Source: Squalus acanthias (lineage: Eukaryota). Taken from it: a DNA stretch of 64,000 nt. Under the pieces are notes generated by a model. That model worked only from the letters and a program-made list of their open reading frames with translations. It was not told the origin of the DNA and ran no database searches. Position 1 is the first letter of the stretch, and every line of letters begins with the position of its first letter. The translations under genes were made by a program, and so were the position numbers. The stretch covers positions 124,064,001 to 124,128,000 of the forward strand of contig CM059432.1 of assembly GCA_030390025.1 (NCBI GenBank), in the 5' to 3' direction. Shown here one piece after another: positions 1 to 12,761 of the stretch.

Positions 1-354
1 GACAAGGTGACCCAGACCTTAAACAATGCTGGCCAGCTGGTTGTCTTTGTACCAGTACCTCTAAGGTCAGAAACATTTATTTGCTACTAATTCTAGATTC
101 AGAACTTTGCTCCAAGCTAAATTAGGATTGTTTTCAGTTTTTGGTCAATAACATCACACAATTTGTTTGCCATTTCTTTGCTAACGAAATATATTACCTT
201 AAATAGATACCCACAAAATTCCATTTTCCATTTTGTAGTTATCTACTTAACCCGAAAGCAGTGTCAACATCCCTTAGAATGTAAATGCCCTTATACTGGA
301 GGTCATCTAATGACTCTGCCGGTCAAGAATAGAGTAGTTGAGCAATACTGACGC

Positions 355-545
355 TTCCTGGGCTAGGCTAACTTAGCTAACCTCAGCCAGGGCTATAACT
401 TGCCTCAGCATCTCTGGATTGCAGAAAGTCGACGAGGGTCCCTGCTCCTGATTGCTATCCAGCAACCCCTGCTGGCTGTGTGTGTGTATGCGTGCAAGGG
501 GGAAGCGACAGATTACGATAAGACTGAGTGCAGCTACAGTGCTCT
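355..545 (+). mobile_element. Old SINE-like repeat, 'family B' (fragment)
   Basis: Shares TTAGCTAACCTCAGCC...CTCCTGATTGCTATCCAGCAACCCCTGCTGG with copies at 46108-46480 (+) and 63060-63365 (-). Confidence 0.55.
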
Positions 546-982
546 TGTGTTTGAAGAGCCTACTGCCACGCAGATTTTCCTCTGTGGCTTGATCTGCTGT
601 ATGTTGGAATAAGTTTTTTTATCCTTCTGGCTGACCCTGGCAGGGTTTCTGAGGCCAGCCTTATCCCAGCGGGATACCTGCCTGCTGGGAGAGCGGAGAG
701 TGTAAAATGACCACTGTCGCATTCCAGGGTTTTTTGGCCATTCTTCCACAGAAAGGATTTGGAAGAAAAGAGTTACTTTTAATGCTAGGCTTTCAAAAAG
801 TATAGCATATTCAGACACGTTTTAAAAACAAGGGCTGGGATGATAGGTAGTTAAAGTGCTAAGGAGCTAGCAATGATCTTGATTCCCCATCGACTGTAAA
901 TGAACAATTATTTGACTGGCTTGGCAATCACAAAACATCTCACAACCATTGCATTGGAAAATCTTTGACCATTTTTGTTTTT

Positions 983-1315
983 CAGTTTAAATCCCACCAC
1001 GGCAGCTGTGGAATTTAAATTCAGTTAATTAAATAAATCTGGAATAAAAAGCTAGCATCAGTAATGGTGACCATGAAACTACCGGATTGTTGTAAAAACC
1101 CATTTGGTTCACTAATGTCCTTTAGGGAAGGAAATCTGCCGCCCTTAGCCGGTCTGGCCTATATGTGACTCCAGATCCACAGCTATGTGGTTGACTCTTA
1201 CCTGCCTGCTGAAATGGCCCAGCAAGCCACTCAGTTGTTCAAGGGCAATTAGGGATGGGCAATAAATGCTGGCCTTGCCAGCGATGCCCACATCCCATGA
1301 ACAAATAAAAAAAAA
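983..1315 (+). mobile_element. SINE-like element whose 3' tail matches the LINE at 55586-56231
   Basis: Ends TCAAGGGCAATTAGGGATGGGCAATAAATGCTGGCCTTGCCAGCGATGCCCACATCCCAT plus A-tail, near-identical to 56155-56231. Confidence 0.7.
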
Positions 1316-1572
1316 TTCCAACTTTATTGCCTCATTTCAATGCGTCTGCCCAATTATGGTTGGGTGTTTCCACTGTCTGGTAGGTAAAAATAGGCAAGGA
1401 TCAACATAATGGATGGCTAACCACAATCCAACCCACTACTGATGGAAAACCGGCAAAGTGGCTGTACCATACAGCAGCTGCACATAATGTTTGATAACTT
1501 GTCATGATTTTTGAGCAGCATCTTCTCCCCCATCTGACCAAATATTGGAATCTCTGCTTCAGCATACCAATT

Positions 1573-2345
1573 ATAGAAACATAGAAACATAGAAGATAGG
1601 AGCAGGAGCAGGCCATTCGGCCCCTCGAGCCTGCTCCGCCATTCAATGAGATCATGGCTGATCATCCAAATTCAGTACCCTGTCCTGCCTTCTCCCCATA
1701 TCCCTTAATCCCTTTAGCTTTAAGAAATATATCTAACTCCTTCTTGAATATATTTAATGAATTGGCCTCTACTGCCTTCTGTGGTAGAGAATTCCACAGG
1801 TTCACCACTCTCTGGGTGAAGAAATTCCTCCTCATCTCAGTCCTAAATGGCTTACCCCTTATCTTTAGACTGTGACCCCTGGTTCTGGACTCCCTCGCCA
1901 TCGGGAACAGCCTTCCTGCATCTGGTCTGTCTAGTCCTGTTAGAATTTTATAAGTTTCAATGAGATCCCCTCTCATTCTTCTAAACTCCAGCGAGTATAA
2001 GCCCAATCGACCCAATCTCTCCTCATACGTCATTCCTGCCATCCCAGGTATCAGCCTGGTGAATCTTCGCTGCACTCCCTCCATGGCAAGAACATCCTTC
2101 CTCAGATAAGGTGACCAAAACTGCACACAGTACTCAAGATGTGGTCTGACCAAGGCCCTGTACAACTGCAGCAAGACATCCTTGTTCCTGTACTCGAACC
2201 CTTTCGCTACGAAGGCCAACATACCATTTGCCTTCTTAACCACCTGCTGCACCTGCATGCTTACCTTCAGCGACTGGTGCACAAGGACACCCAGGTCTCG
2301 TTGCACTTCCCCTTCTCCCAATCTATTGCCATTCAGATAATTATA
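1573..2345 (-). mobile_element. CR1 LINE 3' fragment (5'-truncated)
   Basis: ORF 1662-2321: QRDLGV...LYRALVRPHLEYCVQFWSP...RRMRGDLIETYKI...FFTQRVVNLWNSLP; (TTCTATGT)n tail. Confidence 0.95.
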
Positions 2346-2501
2346 TCTTCTCCCAGAATTTAGTTGGAGTCAGAAGCTTGATTTGACCTACATTCTGCCT
2401 CTGTTCGGGGTTTTCTGTTCAATAAGTGCCTTTAACCAGAGCTCTAGGGCTAACCTTGGCTTCTTAGTAGCTACCCATCCAGTCTGCCTACTCCTTCATA
2501 A

Positions 2502-3002
2502 GGGCATAAATTGGACCTTGTTGCACCCATTTTACAGGCGGATGCGACAAGGGCCAATTTAGGGACCAATGTCCCGCGCCCAAAATACGCCAGAAAGACA
2601 TCTGACTTGATATTGGCAGCTGCCCAAAACAGAGGCAGCTTTATACATGTAAATGATGGGCCTAACACCTGTTTAGGCCCACTCTGGGAAATGAGATAGT
2701 GATGAGCGGAGCAGGAATGCACCCCGACTTCGCAGTACTCCCGATCGGCTCCCCCTCGTTGCCACTTCACCCCACATCCCAGGACTTAACTACAAGGCAA
2801 GGCCAGCGCCCCGACATTCATCTTCTTGAAATGGGTGAGCTGCCTGTCCAGGCACAGCAGGTGCTGGCAGTGTGCCTTCAATAATATTAATGAGGTTTGT
2901 AGCCCAATTTCAGGCCTGCCCCGGGCCTCCTGGATGGTGCACGTGCTCCATGCGCAGCACCCATTTCAATTCCGAAAACGGGTCTAAAGGAATTGCCACC
3001 CC
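2502..3002. mobile_element. Possible decayed Harbinger-type MITE
   Basis: GC-richer block starting TAA|GGGCATAAATT and ending AATTGCCACCCC; TIR and TSD imperfect. Confidence 0.35.
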
Positions 3003-3192
3003 ATATAGTGGTGGTACAGTGGAATGCCTATTTTATTCATATATTCCATGAGGTCATTGCTAAGAACACTGATGGCCACATGTGTGCCATCAATAAGGTC
3101 CTGCACTTTTAGAAAAGATGCTGTTACTTCCATTCCATGAAGAAAGTGATGAAAAGTATTTTCTCTTGCAAACAAGGCTTCTGTCACTTGTT

Positions 3193-3384
3193 TTATTGCA
3201 TCGGTGGAGTGAAGACTGGCTGATACAGCAATAAAAGGCCCAGTGGAATGCCCACACTGAACACTGCTAAGGAAGCAGCTGCTGTCAGCAAAGTGCTGTG
3301 GGAAAAGGCCTCTACAAAGGGAGATTTGTAAGGCAAAAATGCAGCAACAAAGAGCAAAGTGGTGCAAACATATTGCAGAAACCT
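3193..3384 (-). CDS. Candidate terminal coding exon of an unidentified hydrophobic/membrane protein
   Basis: Acceptor ttttggtcttttcatacag| then open frame RFLQYVCTTLLFVAAFLPYKSPFVEAFSHSTLLTAAASLAVFSVGIPLGLLLLYQPVFTPPMQ*; non-repetitive; no homolog recognised. Confidence 0.3.
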   Translation of the reverse strand, partial: RFLQYVCTTLLFVAAFLPYKSPFVEAFSHSTLLTAAASLAVFSVGIPLGLLLLYQPVFTPPMQ

Positions 3385-4706
3385 CTGTATGAAAAGACCA
3401 AAACAAAATGAGAACTTGCACCACAACAGTAAACGATAACTCACATCGTTAAGAATCCAAGCTCTGAAGGTCGGAGTGTCGCCTATTTTAAACGGGTGAA
3501 CGGTGCTCAAGGGGTGAGAAGGTTGGAGAAGTCATCATGGGAGCCATTTACATACGATTGCTATCTGCATGGCCTCCAAACATTTCTACCACCAAATTCA
3601 GCAGTCGTGCGCGATTCAGTGAGGCCCACCCATGGAATACGTGGGCATGCTCTTGGGGCATGGGCCCTACAGTGCCAACTCACCATTCTCGACCTAAGTG
3701 AAAGCTTTTTATATTAGAAAATTAGCACCACGCCAGATCCCTCGCTGCAATAGCAATCCTTCTGATGATTTGCCTGTCAGTGTCATTTATTTAGTATCAA
3801 CCAGTGACCTTTACACAACTGGAGTGATTTAGAAGACAGTATATCAGTGACTGGGCTACCTCATTAATCCTAAATAAATCTTAAAATTAAATTATTAGGT
3901 TGAAGTACCTGCTGAAAGGTAAACAAGAAACCCTGTGCTTTTTATTTGGTCATTTTTAATACAAGTTTATAGCAGACCATAGAAAAAAAAGGATACTGCA
4001 ATTAAATTTATGTGAAGGTTGACATCCCCTAGTTTAATTAGCTATCAGCCTTAGGATATTATTGCAGAAATCCAATTTGTGGATTCTTATTGGAGTCAGA
4101 AAGGGAAATGAGCTTATTCAGGGTTATAATAACCCTGAGTTGAGGGTTATAATAATCTGTTTTATTGTTGGTGCAGAGAAACTGACTTAGCACTGTAGTA
4201 AAGTGGAAGCTATTTTATTCAGGAAAAAAACCTTGTGGAATTTCAAGTTTTATTAAATAGCTCAGCAGAATTATCAGCCAATACGTAATTATTTAGAAGT
4301 TTATTACATATGAAATGTCTATTTTGTGCTTGAACCTATGATTTACCTCATTTTCTGTTATACATTAATTAATAAGACTTTGCGATTAGCCTGTGTGATT
4401 ATATTTATGCTTAAATAATACATCCAGTTTGGAGATATTCCTATTCCTTCTGGTATCTGTTGTTTTGCTGTTGGGACGATTTTTTTAAAAGCTCATTAGA
4501 GGAAATATATTGCCTCAACAAAAGAGTGCCTTTGGGGAGCAGAGAATAAATGGGGTCACATTTAGGATGTTCTAGTTTCAAGTTTTCGACAAGAACTGTA
4601 CAGTACCAAGTTATAATTTGAGATATTATTCCAAATGGCGGGTGCGTTAATGGTGGTCAGCATTTAAAGAGCTTATAACCATCCTGAGTGTAGAGGATCA
4701 TTTTGT

Positions 4707-5120
4707 TCAGCCGTGGCTCAGTGGGTAGCACTCTCGCCTCTGAGTCAGAAGGCTGTGGGTTCAAGTCCCACTCCAGAGACTTGAGCGCATAATCTAAGCT
4801 GATAATTCAGTGTAATGTTGAGGGAGCTCTGCACTGTCAGAGTCTTTCGGATGAGATGTTAAACTGAGGCCCTGTCTGCCCTTTCAGATGGGAGTAAAAG
4901 ATCCCATGGTACTATTTTGAAGAAGAGCAGGGGAGTTATCCCTGGTGTCCTGGCCAATATTTATCCCTCAATCAACATCACTAAAACAGATTATCTGGAC
5001 GTTATCTCATTGCTGTTTGTGGGAACTTGCTGTGCACAAATTGGCAGCCACGTTTCCTGCAGTATAACAGTGACTACATTTCAAAAGTACTTCATTGGCT
5101 GTAAAGCGCTTTGAGACGTC
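4707..5120 (+). mobile_element. Deu-domain tRNA-derived SINE (SacSINE1/AmnSINE1-like)
   Basis: A/B-box head (TGGCTCAGTGGG...GGTTCAAGTCC) and Deu core (GATGAGATGTTAAACTGAGGC...GGTGTCCTGGCCAATATTTATCCCTCAA); five copies in window. Confidence 0.85.
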
Positions 5121-7598
5121 AGCTACAGGTTTGTGAGACTAATTTACATTGTGGGGTCACTTCCATTAGAAGTAGTTGCTCCAGAATGGTAGGGCTGGCT
5201 GTCTTCTGAAATCATCTGGCTTGGATTTGAAGCATGGCGGTAATACCACAACATATGTGCAAAACCCTAAAACTCCATGTTGAATTTACAAATCTGGCCG
5301 TAGATCTTTTCTGAAGTAGCGGGAAAATCTTAGCAATGTCAAATCACATCGGGAGCTGCCTGTTAAAATTGCCATGGACAGAATAAGAAGACCCCCCTCC
5401 TCACATCCAGCCACTGGTGGCCATTCATGATAGTCACCTACAGTGCCTTGCCTGAGGCAGAGAACAAGTCCATCTCACCAAAGGGTGTTCTGTGCCTCCA
5501 GAGGCACGCACACTGAACAGCAGCAATGTAGTATTAACAGGGTGTAATAGCCCATTTATAGTACTGGAGATAAACTGAATTAATGGCATGATTTTGTGTG
5601 ATCTGACTGTTCAGATCTTTTTGGAGATGCAAATACAAGTCCAGGCATTCACTTTCACATCACCTCGAGCAGTGATGGTGTTGGAGGAAAAGGTGGGCAA
5701 AAAATATGGCTACCCTTAGCCTGACTATCCAGAGAAAAGCCAACATACTACCAGTACTGGAGAGCAGGAGGTCCTTGGTGACTGAAATTACCAATGGTTA
5801 TGTTTTTCAGCTACTATTTCTGGCCTCTGTAGAGTTATTCAGATTATCAGGCTATAAAAATACAAGTTCAAAGGAACAGGGAGTAGATGGGCTGCCTTCT
5901 CCAGACAGCAGGGAGTTAATGGCAGTCAGCCATGAACTGCATGTGTTGGGAAACAGGATGCCTTTGTGTTAATTAAAACTCACTTGGTCAGTACTCCACG
6001 TGCTTGAGTCTGATTAAAAGAACCAACAACACTACGAGGTCCTGCTGGTGAAACTGTCCAACTTTATAAACAGGTTGGTTTTGCCAGCAGGAGGGTGAAA
6101 TCCTGAATGTATAGAAGTGCTTTTGAAAGGCAATCTGTAGTATAAATGGTTTACAAAAATAATTATTCAGGCTTATTCAGTTGTTGGTTCGAAAAGACCT
6201 TGGGTTTTCACAATGTCAAAAACACAAATCAAAGTAACTCCAGACCACTAGGATACCGTACATCAGTATCACCAGCAGAGTTTATAGGCAGACACCCAGT
6301 TATAAACATGATCACTAGGAAATGCAAACATATACTGCTCCCCTCCCACTGTGTCCATCAAGGATTATAAGCCACTAGAAGGTCACCAGGTTCAATTAGT
6401 CCCTTCTGCTCCCACCAATGCACACTGTGACTGCACCAGGTCTAACATTCGCAAAAATAAAAATATGATTAAAAATAATGAAGCACAACAGACACCAGCC
6501 ACTGTTGATGACAATGACAATAAATTTATGACACTGTAATGGGTGCTTTCATCCAGGCTCATTAAGCAGTTAACTTCAGTCATTACAATTATTACACTAT
6601 TAATGGAATTCAAAATTAATTTTATTTATTGATAACATCTTTAAATGTCCCTGATCCTTTGCATGTAATACAGTTAGTTTGCATCTAATCATCATAACAC
6701 AACCATTTTACATTGTAAGGCTCATTGGGGGAAAAATTCAGTTGGTTGCACCTCCCGTTAGCGCATTAAGAGGGCGCTAATGGGGCGCAAAGCAACTAGC
6801 GCCCGGGCGCGGCGATGTTTGCGCCGCTCGCTAAATTAACTAGACATTTTGCAGCGGCGCTAAACAGTACCGCCACGATCTCCTGCGCCGGCAAATTGTG
6901 ACGTCAGTCGAGTGCGCAACGCCCCGGTAGCGCCCCGGAGTGTATATTGAGTGGCGCCCCCTGCCTTACCGCCTGCCGCTAGCAATGACAGGTTGAGGGG
7001 AGCGTTTTGCAGTCAGGAAGGGACTGGGGGAGCGCTATTTAAAGGCGACCGCTTCCTGCCTTTTTTTGTTGCCGACATTTTTGAACCATGCATTCTGAGA
7101 GAGAGAGAGAGAGACTTCTAGAGAGATTCAACGCTGTGTGAAAGAGTTTTGGGTACTGAGCAGCACTTTGCAGGTTCATTTTGATTTGCCCTTCCTTGTA
7201 TCGATTTAGAAGAGACTATGGGGGCTGCACTCTGAGCTCTTTCTCTGGGCCTCTCCATTGTTCTTTCCAGCAGATTTGATGTACAGGTCTCTCCAGGCCG
7301 AGATTCAAGGCTGCAATGAGCAGGATGTGGATGGAAAGCAAGATCAACCCTCCCCTTTAAGAACTGGCCGGGGCCATTGTGTGTGTGTTCCATTGCTGAC
7401 TGACATCACATGAGCTTCGCCAGCGCTCTGAGTTAGCGCCTCGCTCCTCGGCCTTTGCACCTTAAGACAGATGTGTAGTGCCTGATTTAGCGCTCCAATC
7501 ACCTCCAGGGGTGATAAAAGTCAAGTTTGCAGTCGGAGGCGATAATTAGCGCCAGGTGCTAATCTTTGCGCCCAGCCGATAATTGCGCTCCAAACGGG

Positions 7599-9612
7599 AC
7601 ATAAGAACATAAGAAATAGGAGCAGGAGTAGGCCAATCGGCCCCTCGAGCCTGCTCCGCCATTCAATAAGATCATGGCTGATCTGATCCTAACCACCAAT
7701 CTACTATCTATCACAGAACCATCTCCTGCATCTAACAGAATTGCACACACGAAATAGGAGCAGAATCAGGCTACACAGTCCCTGGGCCCGCTCCACTACC
7801 CACAGGGCCATGACCGATCCGAACCTAGACTCATGTCCAAATTCCTGCCCGCTCCCCGTAACCCTTAATGCCCTTTACTTCTAGGAAACTGTCTATTTCT
7901 GTTTTAAATTTAATTAATGTTGTAGCTTCTACAGCTTTTTGTGGCAGCATATTCCATGGACCTACCACCCTCTGAGTGAAGTAGTTCCTCCTCATCTCAG
8001 TTTTGAAAGAGCAGCCCCTTATTCTAAGACTATGTCCCCTAGTTCTCGTCTCACCCGTCATCGGGAACATCCTCCCCGCATCCACCCGATCCAACCCCTT
8101 CACAATCTTATATGTTTCAATAAGATCGCCTCTCATTCTTCTGAACTCCAATGAGTAGAGTCCCAATCTACCCAACCTCTCCTCATATGACCACCCCCTC
8201 ATCCCCGGGATTAACCGAGTGAACCTTTTTTGCACTGCCTCGAGAGCAAGGATGTCTTTCCTTAAGTAAGGACACCAAAACTGTATGCAGTATTCCAGGT
8301 GCGGTCTCACCAATACCTTGTACAACTGAAGCAATACCTCCCTATTTTTATATTCTATCCCCCTAGCAATGAAAGCCAACATTCCATTTGCCTTCTTAAT
8401 CACTTGCTGCACCTGCATACTAACCTTTTGAGTTTCGTGCACCAGGACCCCCAGATCCCTTTGCACTTCAGTACTCTCCAGTTTCTTGCCATTAAGATAA
8501 TAAATTGCTCTAGGATTTTTCCTGCCAAAGTGCATCACCTCACACTTTCCAGTGTTGTATTCCATCTGCCAAATCTCTGCCCACTTACTTAGCCTGTCTA
8601 TGTCCCCTTGCAGGTTTTTTATGTCCTCCTCACTCACTACTTTCCCTCCCATCTTTGTATCATCTGCAAATTTTGATATGTTACACTTGGTCCCTTCCTC
8701 CAAATCGTTAATATAGATTGTGAAGAGTTGGGGACCCAGCACTGACCCCTGTGGAACACCACTAGTTACTGATTGCCAGTCTGAGAATGAACCATTTATC
8801 CCAACTCTTTGCTTTCTGTTAGATAGCCAATCCTCTATCCATGCCAGAATATTACCCCCAATCCCGTGATTTTTTACCTTAAGCAATAATCTTTTGTGTG
8901 GCACCTTGTCAAATGCCTTTTGGAAGTCTAAATACACTACGTCCACTGGTTCCCCTTTATCCACTCTATATGTTACTTCCTCAAAGAACTCCAGCAAATT
9001 TGTCAAACATGACTTCCCCTTCGTAAAACCATGCTGACTTTGTCCTATTAAATTATGATTATCCAAATGTCCTGTTACTGTTTCCTTAATAATGGACTCC
9101 AAAATTTTACCTACCACAGATGTTAGGCTAACCGGTCTATAGTTACCAGCCCTCTGTCTACTGCCCTTTTTAAATAAGGGTGTTACATTAGCAGTTTTCC
9201 AGTCTGCCGGGACCTTAGCGGAATCCAGGGAGTTTTGAAAAATTATTACCAATGCATCTACAATCCCTACCGCCACTTCCTTCAAGACTCTAGGATGTAA
9301 GCCATCAGGTCCAGGTGATTTATCCGCCTTGAGTCCCATTATTTTACCGAGTACCACTTCCTTAGTGATTTTGATCGTGTTTAGCTCCTCTCCCCCTATA
9401 GCCCCCTGTTTGTCCAGTGTTGGGATATTCTTAGTGTCCTCTACTGTAAAGACTGATACAAAATATTCATTCAGTGTTTTTGCCATCTCCATATTTCCCA
9501 CCATTAATTTCCCGGTCTCATCCTCTAAGGGACCAACATTTACTTTAGCCACCCTTTTTCTTTTTATATAACTATAAAAACTCTTACTATCTGTTTTTAT
9601 ATTTTTTGCTAA
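7599..9612 (-). mobile_element. CR1 LINE, 5'-truncated, young (uninterrupted ORF2 RT half)
   Basis: Contains ORF 7831-9552; (TTCTTATG)n tail at 7599-7615. Confidence 0.95.
7831..9552 (-). CDS. CR1 ORF2 reverse transcriptase domain and C-terminus (endonuclease missing)
   Basis: KSPGPDG, NYRPVSLTS, QHGF, YLDFQKAFDKV, GVPQGSVLGP, FADD motifs; 573 codons with no stop. Confidence 0.9.
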   Translation of the reverse strand: MAKVNVGPLEDETGKLMVGNMEMAKTLNEYFVSVFTVEDTKNIPTLDKQGAIGGEELNTIKITKEVVLGKIMGLKADKSPGPDGLHPRVLKEVAVGIVDALVIIFQNSLDSAKVPADWKTANVTPLFKKGSRQRAGNYRPVSLTSVVGKILESIIKETVTGHLDNHNLIGQSQHGFTKGKSCLTNLLEFFEEVTYRVDKGEPVDVVYLDFQKAFDKVPHKRLLLKVKNHGIGGNILAWIEDWLSNRKQRVGINGSFSDWQSVTSGVPQGSVLGPQLFTIYINDLEEGTKCNISKFADDTKMGGKVVSEEDIKNLQGDIDRLSKWAEIWQMEYNTGKCEVMHFGRKNPRAIYYLNGKKLESTEVQRDLGVLVHETQKVSMQVQQVIKKANGMLAFIARGIEYKNREVLLQLYKVLVRPHLEYCIQFWCPYLRKDILALEAVQKRFTRLIPGMRGWSYEERLGRLGLYSLEFRRMRGDLIETYKIVKGLDRVDAGRMFPMTGETRTRGHSLRIRGCSFKTEMRRNYFTQRVVGPWNMLPQKAVEATTLIKFKTEIDSFLEVKGIKGYGERAGIWT

Positions 9613-9879
9613 TTTCTCCCCCCATTATGTATAGCTGTTTCAATAATGATGCATTCGGCAATGATCCTTTACCCATGGAAATTCCCATATGCAATTTTTA
9701 TATACCTGAGAATTCGACGTATCTTGTCACAAGAGGAAGACAGAAATAATTGGACACGTGTATACCGCGACTTTATGCAGCAAAGCGGGTTTCTGCTTTG
9801 CAGTGACACTAAAGTTGCTTTATAAATCCAGAATCAGGACCTGACCTGACTCTGGAGAGCTGTGGGAGGCAGTGTGGCA

Positions 9880-10305
9880 GAAAAAAAAGCAAGGAATGGG
9901 AGGATACACTTAATGGAAAAACACTGAAGAGTGTGGATGAACAAGGTTCAAATACGTAATTCTCTGAAAGTGCAAGTGCAGATAGAAAACGCCATAAAAA
10001 GGCCAGCGGAACTTTATGTTTTAGAAATAGGGACATAACACTACGATGAATTTATACAAAATATTGGTTAGGCCACAATTACAGTACTGTGTGCAGTTTT
10101 GGGAACACCATTATAGAAAGGATATTAAAGCCGTAAATAGAGTACAATGCAGATTCGCCAGGATGATGCCAGGAATGGGAAACTACAGTTACGATACAGT
10201 TGTGTTATTGAGACTGCTTTTTTCCTGGAGCAGAGAGAGGGAAGAGGAGCTTTAGTAGAAGGTTTTAAATTATGAAAGGTCTTGATAGAATGAATAGGAA
10301 AAAGC
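9880..10305 (+). mobile_element. Old degraded CR1 3' fragment
   Basis: LYKILVRPQLQYCVQFW...RVQCRFARMMPGM; frameshifted. Confidence 0.75.
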
Positions 10306-11556
10306 TTGGGTGCTTGGGCCGTAGATGGTCTTGACTGCGCTAAAGAATCCACGCACGTCATGGTTGTCGGCTAGCTGCTGGATCTCCTGCGCTTTCTCCA
10401 CCCACCATCTGTTCTTTAGGTCGCAAGTTTTTTGTTGGACCTCGGCCTTCAGTCGTCTGTAGAGCTGCTTTCTTGCTCTCGAGTTGTGTTGCAGTTTCCA
10501 GATCAAGAATGCCTTGCACTTGCGGCTTATTAGCTCCTGGATCTCCTGGTCATTCTCGTCGAACCAGTCTTGGTGTTTCCTGGTCGAGTAACCGAGCGTC
10601 TCTTCACAGGTGCTGATTATGGAGGCCTTGAGTGCAGACCAGGCGCTGTGGACACTCTGTGTCTCTGCATCACTGGGAGTCGTCGGTTGGTTGTGAGGCG
10701 CAGGCTGAATAGGGCTTTCTTCGCAGGGTCTTTGAGTGCTCCAGCGTTGATTTTCCTGTGGCATTGCTTCTGTTGCCGCTGCTGTTTTGGGGCTACATTG
10801 ATGGAGATGACAGAGCGGATTAGGCGGTGGTCTGTCTAGCAGTCGTCAGCTCCTGTCATGGCGCGGGTGATGCGGACGTCCTTGCGGTCCCTCGCTCGGA
10901 CGACGACGTAGTCCAGCAGATGCCAGTGCTTGGAGCGAGGGTGCTGCCATGAAGCCTTGTACTTGTCTCTCTGACGTGATCCTGACCAACGGTTCCACCA
11001 CAGACCCAATTCACGTACGGACCAGGGTCAAGCAAGGATGTGTCATCGCACCAACTCTCTTCTCGATCTTCCTTGCTGCAATGCTCCATCTCACCCTTAG
11101 TAAGCTCCCCGCTGGAGTGGAGCTAATTTACAGAACAAACGGGGAACTGTTCAACCTCCGTCGCCTCCAGTCCAGATCCAAGGTCGTCCCATCCTCTGTC
11201 GTCGAATTACAGTATGCAGATGACGCTTGCGTCTGCGCCCACTCGGAGGTCGAACTCCAAACCATCGTCAACACCTTCACCGAAGCGTACGAGAGCATGG
11301 GCCTTACACTAAACATCCGTAAGACAAAGGTCCTCTACCAGCCTGCCCCCACCACACAGTACTGCCCCCTGATTATCAAAATCCACGACAAGGCCTTGGA
11401 CAACGTGGACCATTTTTCATACCTCGGGAGCCTACTGTCAACAAGGGCAGACGTCGATGACGAAGTCCAACACCGCCTTCAGTGTGCCAGTGCAGCCTTT
11501 GGTCACCTGAGGAAGAGAGTGTTTGAAGACCAGGATCTCAAACCCGGCACTATGCT
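10306..11556. mobile_element. RTE-clade LINE with head-to-head 5' inversion
   Basis: Minus arm 10306-~10972: WQHPRSKHWHLLDYVVV...KHQDWFDEND; plus arm ~10975-11556: VKQGCVIAPTLF, LQYADD, FSYLGS. Confidence 0.9.
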
Positions 11557-12761
11557 GTAAACATCTGTGGTTCCTGGGGAGGTAGTCTCACACTGCTTGG
11601 GTTTGATACTGCCCGCAGTAAAACTCCAGTATGATATCAAACATAGTTTAAAAAGTGCTGCGGGGTGTGGGGGGTGGGGGGTGGGGGGCAGCGGGTGTTC
11701 GTCTCTTGAACATTTGAAGCCAGAAGCTAACTGAAATGTTTAGAAAATACAGACATGGTTGCCTATATTCTCTAATCATTTAAATTTTAACTACTAGGAG
11801 AGGAGCTTTGTGCGCGCATGTAAAAAAAAATACACTCCATGCAACAACTGCATCTGAAGTTTCTCCACTTGTCACGCAGGGAATTTACCTGCAAACAGAC
11901 ATCCTCCCACCTTGCTCTTTTAGGCGGCAGTCTAAATGCTGCATAAAACAGCAGAGTGCGTAGGATTCAAGTTTGCCAGCGTATTTCCCTACATGACAAG
12001 TTCTAACCTCAGACATGCTATTAGAAAAAGATGCAAAAGTAGAAGCTAGAAAATTGTTTACACAGCAGGGTTGGCAGAGACATTTTCAGTAAAAAAAAAA
12101 TGGAGGGGAAGCAGCAGTTTTTTTAATCAATCATTTTACAATAAAAATGTAATTTCGCCGAAAAGCACTGGCTTCTGTCTTCCTAACGCGATCATGTGTT
12201 TGTTTTCCATGCGGTGGGGGGGTGTTGGAGGCACCCAATATATTCTGTAGAACAGCTCCAAATACGTCAAGCCCCTCCGATTTTGTGAAGCTTCAGGTAC
12301 TTGTAAAAAGCCAAGCACTCCATGGAAAATGTACGGCCCTAAGAATAGCGCTGCGACAATTTTGACAGCTGTATCACCAAAAATACATTTACTGACACAG
12401 GTTTGACTCTGCAGGAAATGCTTACCGGTGGTGCACTAAAACATCAATTTAACCAATTATTAGTGAACCATCAACTTAAGTTTGTCGTTTTCCGAGAATA
12501 TTCCAAACAATGTTATTTTAACACCAGCGGCGAACCATTTGAAATACATGGGTGACTGCGAGCATTTAAGTACAGTGATCACGGGCACCTTAGGGATGGG
12601 CATCAGCTGTCCTTTTTTTTTTGCAGGTGTCAATTATTTTCAAAATGGTCATGGTAGATATTGACAACAGCTGCAGGGGCAAAAAGGCATCCAGTGACAA
12701 TCTATCAGTCATCGCAATCTTCAGACTCAGAAACAGTACGCAATTTGAACATTTTATAGTG

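Larger units (their letters stand above)
6727..9623 (+). mobile_element. Harbinger-type MITE 'family A' interrupted near its right end by a CR1
   Basis: ATT|GGGGGAAAAATT ... AATTTCTCCCCCC|ATT (TSD 6724-6726 / 9624-9626); homologous to 46501-47229 and 53624-54155. Confidence 0.8.

Noticed and set aside
2984..3424. 146-aa minus-strand ORF
   Set aside because: No recognisable domain, non-ATG start, overlaps an alternative candidate frame and runs into a repeat.
4712..4775. tRNA gene
   Set aside because: tRNA-derived SINE head continuous with the Deu core.
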